From positions 6,059 to 70,058 of the forward strand of contig DFEZ01000010.1 of the NCBI GenBank assembly GCA_002369415.1: a stretch of DNA of 64,000 nt, written 5' to 3'. Both the position numbers and the translations under genes were made by a program. The notes below the pieces were generated by a model. That model saw only the letters and a list, made by a program, of their open reading frames with translations. It was not told the origin of the DNA and did not search any database. Position 1 is the stretch's first letter. The number at the start of each line of letters is the position of its first letter. Shown in pieces: positions 59,645 through 64,000 of this stretch. Source of the stretch: Bacillales bacterium UBA3789. Its GTDB lineage: Bacteria > Bacillota_I > Bacilli_A > RF39 > UBA660.

Positions 59645-61918
59645 TTAGCAATTTATTCCTTTTACTTTCTTCTCCTCAAATTCATCCGTATAAATCTTTT
59701 TAGGTTTTAACTTCTTACCTATATTTCTCTTTTCTAGTAATAAGAATATTACTGTTGCGATAAATATAGATGAATATGTACCAGATATTAAACCAATTAG
59801 CATTGCTACATTAAATGTGAATATTCCACTTGATCCTAATAGCATTAATACTACTACTGGTAGAAGTGTTGTTATTGTTGTATAAATTGTTCTTGTAAAT
59901 GTTTCTTGAATACTTCTATTACATATTTCTTCTAATTTTTCTTTAGTCATTTTCTTCCAATCTTCTTTTTCTATATTTTCTCTAATTCTATCGAAAGAAA
60001 CTATTGTATCATTGATTGAGTATCCAATTATTGCAAGTACTGCTGCTATAAACATTGAACTTACTTCGAATCTTGCTATTGCAAATACGGCAAACATAAT
60101 TAATACATCATGTAATAATGCAACTACTCCACCGATTGCATAACTTAATTTAAATCTAATTGAAATGTAAATAATAATTCCAAGTAATGCTACTAATACT
60201 GATAGAATTGCATTCTTTACTAATTCTTTTTGAACTAAATTTGATACAACTCCAATATTAACTTTTGCATCATACTTATCTTCAAAGTATTTATTAACTT
60301 CTTTTACTTTGTCTCCATCTAATGCTTCATCTAATCTTATAGATGTTTCTTCAGATGAAACATTGATATTATCTGATGTTAATTCTAACTCTTTTAAATC
60401 ATTCTTGATTTGTTTTTCTGTTAGTTTAGTATCAGTTACTACTGTGATACTACTTCCAGCTTTATAATCGATACTTAAGTTGAATCCTTTTGTTCCTAAG
60501 AATATGCATCCAACTATGATTATTAATACTGAAATAGCAGCACATAATTTTTTATGTTTTAAGAAATTAATATTACTAAATTTATTTGGTTTAACTGTTT
60601 CATTTTTAGAAACGTTAGGAATATCTTTTGCTTTTATATTTATAAATAAATTTGTTTTGTCATTGAAATAATCTGTTTTAACAAATAATCTTAGAATTGC
60701 TCTTGTTAAGAATACCATTGTAAACATTGTTACTAATACTGTAATAATTAACATAGTAGCAAATCCTTTAATACTTGATTCTCCAAATATAAACATTATA
60801 ATTGCTACGATTAATGTTGTAATGTTTGAATCGATTATTGCACTAAAACTTGATTTAGAACCTTCTCTAAATGCTGTAGGTAAACTTTTACCTTTTAACA
60901 ATTCTTCTTTAATTCTTGCAAATGTAATAACATTAGAATCTACTGCCATACCTATACCTAATACTAAGGCAGCAATTCCAGGTAGTGTTAATACTCCACC
61001 TACAACCCAGAATACTGCAAATACTAAGAATGTATAAATTAGCATTGATACTGCTGATACAAATCCTGAGAAATGATAAATAAATATTAGGATTAATATA
61101 ATAGCAGCAATTGCAATTATACCTGCAGTTAAAGTAGTTGATAATGTTTGATCTCCAAAACTTGCTCCTACTGTATTAGAACTTAATTCAGTCAATTTAG
61201 TTGGAAGAGATCCACTATTAATTAAATCAACTAAGTTTTCTACTTCTTCATAAGTAAAGTTTCCTTGAATAATTACATCGCTTGCAAATCCTTGTGAAAC
61301 TGTAGCTGCACTTAAACAGTTTGAATCACTAGTTCCACACATGTTTCCTTCACTTGAAAAACTATCTGTTAATTCATTATAGTCTAGCCAAATAACAATA
61401 TAGTTATTTTCTTGACTACTAATCTTACTAGTTACTTCATAGAACTTATCTTTATCTTTTACTGTTAAAGCAACTGCTGGATTACCTTGTTGATCTTGTC
61501 CAATCTTTGCTTTACCAGCCTCTAGTACATCACTAGTCATAAGTAAATTATCTTCAGTATCTCTAAATGATAATGTTGCAACTGTTGATAATTGTGTACG
61601 TGCTTCTTCTGGATTTTTTACTCCAGCTAATTTAACACGAATCTTATCATTACCTTCAATAGTAATTTCTGGTTCACTTACTCCTAAACTATCAATTCTC
61701 TTACTTAGTGTTTTGTAAGTTGCTGTTAGTTTAGAACTATTCATTTTAGACCCATCAATTGATGAAGCCTTATAAAGAATTTCAAATCCCCCTTGTAAAT
61801 CTAATCCGAATTTTAAACTTTTAAATAATGGAACAAATGAGAAACAAATTCCAACTATAAAAAGAATTAAAATACAAGATACAGTAATTACTTTCTTCTT
61901 TCCATTTTTCTTCTTCAT
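59645..61918 (-). CDS. secDF: Fused protein translocase subunit SecDF
   Basis: GLDLQGG, RIDSLGVSEP, GMAVDSN and GYSINDTIV motifs. Confidence 0.96.
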   Translation of the reverse strand: MKKKNGKKKVITVSCILILFIVGICFSFVPLFKSLKFGLDLQGGFEILYKASSIDGSKMNSSKLTATYKTLSKRIDSLGVSEPEITIEGNDKIRVKLAGVKNPEEARTQLSTVATLSFRDTEDNLLMTSDVLEAGKAKIGQDQQGNPAVALTVKDKDKFYEVTSKISSQENNYIVIWLDYNELTDSFSSEGNMCGTSDSNCLSAATVSQGFASDVIIQGNFTYEEVENLVDLINSGSLPTKLTELSSNTVGASFGDQTLSTTLTAGIIAIAAIILILIFIYHFSGFVSAVSMLIYTFLVFAVFWVVGGVLTLPGIAALVLGIGMAVDSNVITFARIKEELLKGKSLPTAFREGSKSSFSAIIDSNITTLIVAIIMFIFGESSIKGFATMLIITVLVTMFTMVFLTRAILRLFVKTDYFNDKTNLFINIKAKDIPNVSKNETVKPNKFSNINFLKHKKLCAAISVLIIIVGCIFLGTKGFNLSIDYKAGSSITVVTDTKLTEKQIKNDLKELELTSDNINVSSEETSIRLDEALDGDKVKEVNKYFEDKYDAKVNIGVVSNLVQKELVKNAILSVLVALLGIIIYISIRFKLSYAIGGVVALLHDVLIMFAVFAIARFEVSSMFIAAVLAIIGYSINDTIVSFDRIRENIEKEDWKKMTKEKLEEICNRSIQETFTRTIYTTITTLLPVVVLMLLGSSGIFTFNVAMLIGLISGTYSSIFIATVIFLLLEKRNIGKKLKPKKIYTDEFEEKKVKGINC

Positions 61919-61922
61919 CTTC

Positions 61923-62198
61923 TTACACCTCTATGTCTTTTTTTATATTCTTATTGGGATTGTCTTCATAATATGAATTAATTTCATCAGAATCTGTATT
62001 TAAAATATCATCTACGATATCTGCAAGAGTTAAGTCATTACTACTCTTCCACTTGTTTTTTAGATAGTTCCAAATATCAAATTCCTTAATATTTTTATAA
62101 CCTAATCTTTCTAATTCAAGTTCCTTAGAATGTAATGCGGGTTTTACTCTTTTATATAATTCTTCTAGATTTGTAAATTCATATTCCAAAAGAATCAC
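61923..62198 (-). CDS. comN: Post-transcriptional regulator ComN (YrzD) family
   Basis: PALHSK..EL..LGY..I...DIWNYL...W...L.DIV.DIL pattern; upstream of secDF as in Bacillus. Confidence 0.75.
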   Translation of the reverse strand: MILLEYEFTNLEELYKRVKPALHSKELELERLGYKNIKEFDIWNYLKNKWKSSNDLTLADIVDDILNTDSDEINSYYEDNPNKNIKKDIEV

Positions 62199-62287
62199 AT
62201 CCCTTTTCCACGAATTAACTTTATTATATAGGAAAAATAATAAAAATTAAAGGGTTTTAATAAAAAAGAAAGTACTTTTTTGTACTT

Positions 62288-63199
62288 TCATTCATCTATC
62301 TTTGCTCTTGGAAAACTCTTATAATAAACTTCTTTTAATCTATCAGTAGTAACATGAGTATAAATCTGAGTTGCTTTTATTGACTCATGTCCTAATAATT
62401 TTTGTACTGTTAATAAGTCACAGCCTGCATTTAGTAAGTGTGTTGCAAAGCTATGTCTTATCATATGCGGAGATATACTTTTATTAATTCCAGTTTGTTT
62501 AATGATCTTATCAAGTATAAATCTTACTCCTCTTTCAGTTAATTGTCCTCCATTATTATTTAAAAATAAATAATCACTATCTTTTGTATTTAAAGATAAT
62601 CTACCATCTTTTAAATATTCTTTTAGAGAATCTTCACAATACTCTCCGTATGTTACAAATCTTTCTTTATTACCTTTTCCTAAGATAATTATATTTTTTC
62701 TTCCTAAGTCTATATCAGATACTTTAATACTAACAAGTTCTCCTACACGGACTCCTGTTGCATAAAGCATTTCTAATATTAGTCTATCTCTTTGCCCTAA
62801 AGGAGTTGTTAAATCAGGAATATTAAACATTTCTTCTAATTCATTATATTCAAAATATCTTGGAAGTTTCTTACTCTTTTTAGGTCCATTTACTAATGAA
62901 AATACATTAGTTTTCACTATTCCTTCATTAGCCATATATTTGTAAAAACCTCTTAAGGAACTTAGTTTTCTATCAATTGATGAATTATTGTCTTTTTTAG
63001 TATCTTTTAAATACATTAAGAAAAATCTAATGTCACTATATTCAATATCTAAATAATTTAAGTTTTCGCTATTTAAATAATCTAAGTATTCAATAATATC
63101 ATCTTTATAACTTAGAATCGTATAATCTGAATAGTTTTTTTGATATTTTAAATAATCTAAATAACTACTCAGATGTTTGTTTAGCGTATTGTCTTCCAT
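62288..63199 (-). CDS. xerC: Tyrosine recombinase XerC/XerD family
   Basis: LYATGVRVGE, GKGNKER, HMIRHSFATH and LGH...TQIYTH motifs. Likely start MEDN at 63199 after a GGTGA RBS (track start 63223). Confidence 0.85.
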   Translation of the reverse strand: MEDNTLNKHLSSYLDYLKYQKNYSDYTILSYKDDIIEYLDYLNSENLNYLDIEYSDIRFFLMYLKDTKKDNNSSIDRKLSSLRGFYKYMANEGIVKTNVFSLVNGPKKSKKLPRYFEYNELEEMFNIPDLTTPLGQRDRLILEMLYATGVRVGELVSIKVSDIDLGRKNIIILGKGNKERFVTYGEYCEDSLKEYLKDGRLSLNTKDSDYLFLNNNGGQLTERGVRFILDKIIKQTGINKSISPHMIRHSFATHLLNAGCDLLTVQKLLGHESIKATQIYTHVTTDRLKEVYYKSFPRAKIDE

Positions 63200-64000
63200 A
63201 GTTATCACCTTTAAATCTATCACTATATTTATTATACACTAAACACCATCTATATGCATTATTTAATACATCTTTATCTTCTTTTAATTTGTCTACTAAT
63301 CTTAGTTTTTCATACTTCATATCTTCTTCATATGTTCCATCATCAAAGATTGAAGCTGTTTGTCTTGTACTTACTAAATCAAAAATTATTTCTGCTAATT
63401 CTTTTGTAAGTAAAGTACTTAATTTATTTAAATCACCATCTTCATAAGCTGGGAACTTTCTTCTTCTATAGCAAAGTTCACCTTTTTTGTTTTTAACAAT
63501 TACATCTGCTGGAAGACTTGTTAAAGTATCTAGTATTTCTATTAATTTATCTTCTATACGTGATTCTTCTAAATCAAATAATGTTAATTGTCCTTCTACA
63601 TAATTTTTATCTGTTAAAACTAATAATTGATCATCTAGTTTTCTTCTTTCACTTTCATTTTGTTTAGCTCTTGAATCTGAATAATAGAATCCTCTATTAG
63701 TAGCATCAAATCTATTCATTTCTACTGTTACATTTCTTAATATTGAATATGTTCTTATAGCCCATGAACCTCTTTTATATTTAGCACTATAGTTGGTTTT
63801 ATTTTTTCCTACAAAGTTATCTACATATATTTTTGGTATGCTACTTTTACCATTAATAATATATTCATTAAATACTGGATTAGCACTTACTTTATCAGCA
63901 AAATTATCTAATATACGTTTAGCTTGTTCATTATTTGTATCTAGTGATCCTTGTTTAGAAGCATCAATTACTTCTCTTAATAATTCTGTTCTAGATTCAC
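63165..64000 (-). CDS. Hypothetical protein, 5' end beyond window
   Basis: The frame of the track ORF stays open upstream of 63719 to the window end (...ESRTELLREVIDASKQG...). Confidence 0.8.
   Translation of the reverse strand, partial: ESRTELLREVIDASKQGSLDTNNEQAKRILDNFADKVSANPVFNEYIINGKSSIPKIYVDNFVGKNKTNYSAKYKRGSWAIRTYSILRNVTVEMNRFDATNRGFYYSDSRAKQNESERRKLDDQLLVLTDKNYVEGQLTLFDLEESRIEDKLIEILDTLTSLPADVIVKNKKGELCYRRRKFPAYEDGDLNKLSTLLTKELAEIIFDLVSTRQTASIFDDGTYEEDMKYEKLRLVDKLKEDKDVLNNAYRWCLVYNKYSDRFKGDNYGRQYAKQTSE

Noticed and set aside
5214-61037. Other short opposite-strand or alternative-frame ORFs (e.g. 8272, 8351, 12516, 19071, 22799, 34143, 42441, 43275, 48067, 57794, 60822)
   Set aside because: They lie within or largely overlap well-supported genes and have shadow-ORF composition.
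62288-63223. Tyrosine recombinase as a prophage or island integrase
   Set aside because: Size and motifs fit housekeeping Xer; no att repeats or phage genes are visible in the window.
1-64000. Mollicute genetic code (TGA=Trp)
   Set aside because: Conserved genes such as mutM, dtd and rel end at TGA at their normal lengths, and Trp is encoded by TGG.

Overview
AT-rich chromosomal window from a low-GC Firmicute (Bacilli). Gene content and style suggest an RF39-like gut lineage (inference). TGA is used as a stop codon and peptidoglycan genes are present. Most genes lie on the minus strand and are housekeeping: a split dcw cluster (mraZ-rsmH-ftsL-PBP; murE; murG-murB-divIB...ftsA-ftsZ), yqeG-yqeH, tmcAL-gmk, pyk, polA-mutM, lexA, tcdA, 6S RNA, T-box-hisS-aspS, dtd-rel-secDF-comN and a Xer recombinase. 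No CRISPR array, rRNA, tRNA, transposase or prophage was seen. Four things stand out. (1) An unannotated 49-aa single-TM peptide lies divergent from lexA. It has a consensus promoter with an SOS box in the spacer, a 3' UTR that can fold back onto its own Shine-Dalgarno, and a convergent antisense terminator, resembling an SOS-controlled type I toxin-antitoxin or SosA-like module. (2) A ~9.8 kb array of six GT-C-like membrane glycosyltransferases plus an FAD oxidoreductase sits between divIB and ftsA. (3) An arginase is head-to-head with a MurE carrying a non-canonical EDPR motif, suggesting ornithine-type peptidoglycan. (4) A >=1443-aa protein missed by the ORF track is built from two kinds of internal repeats.
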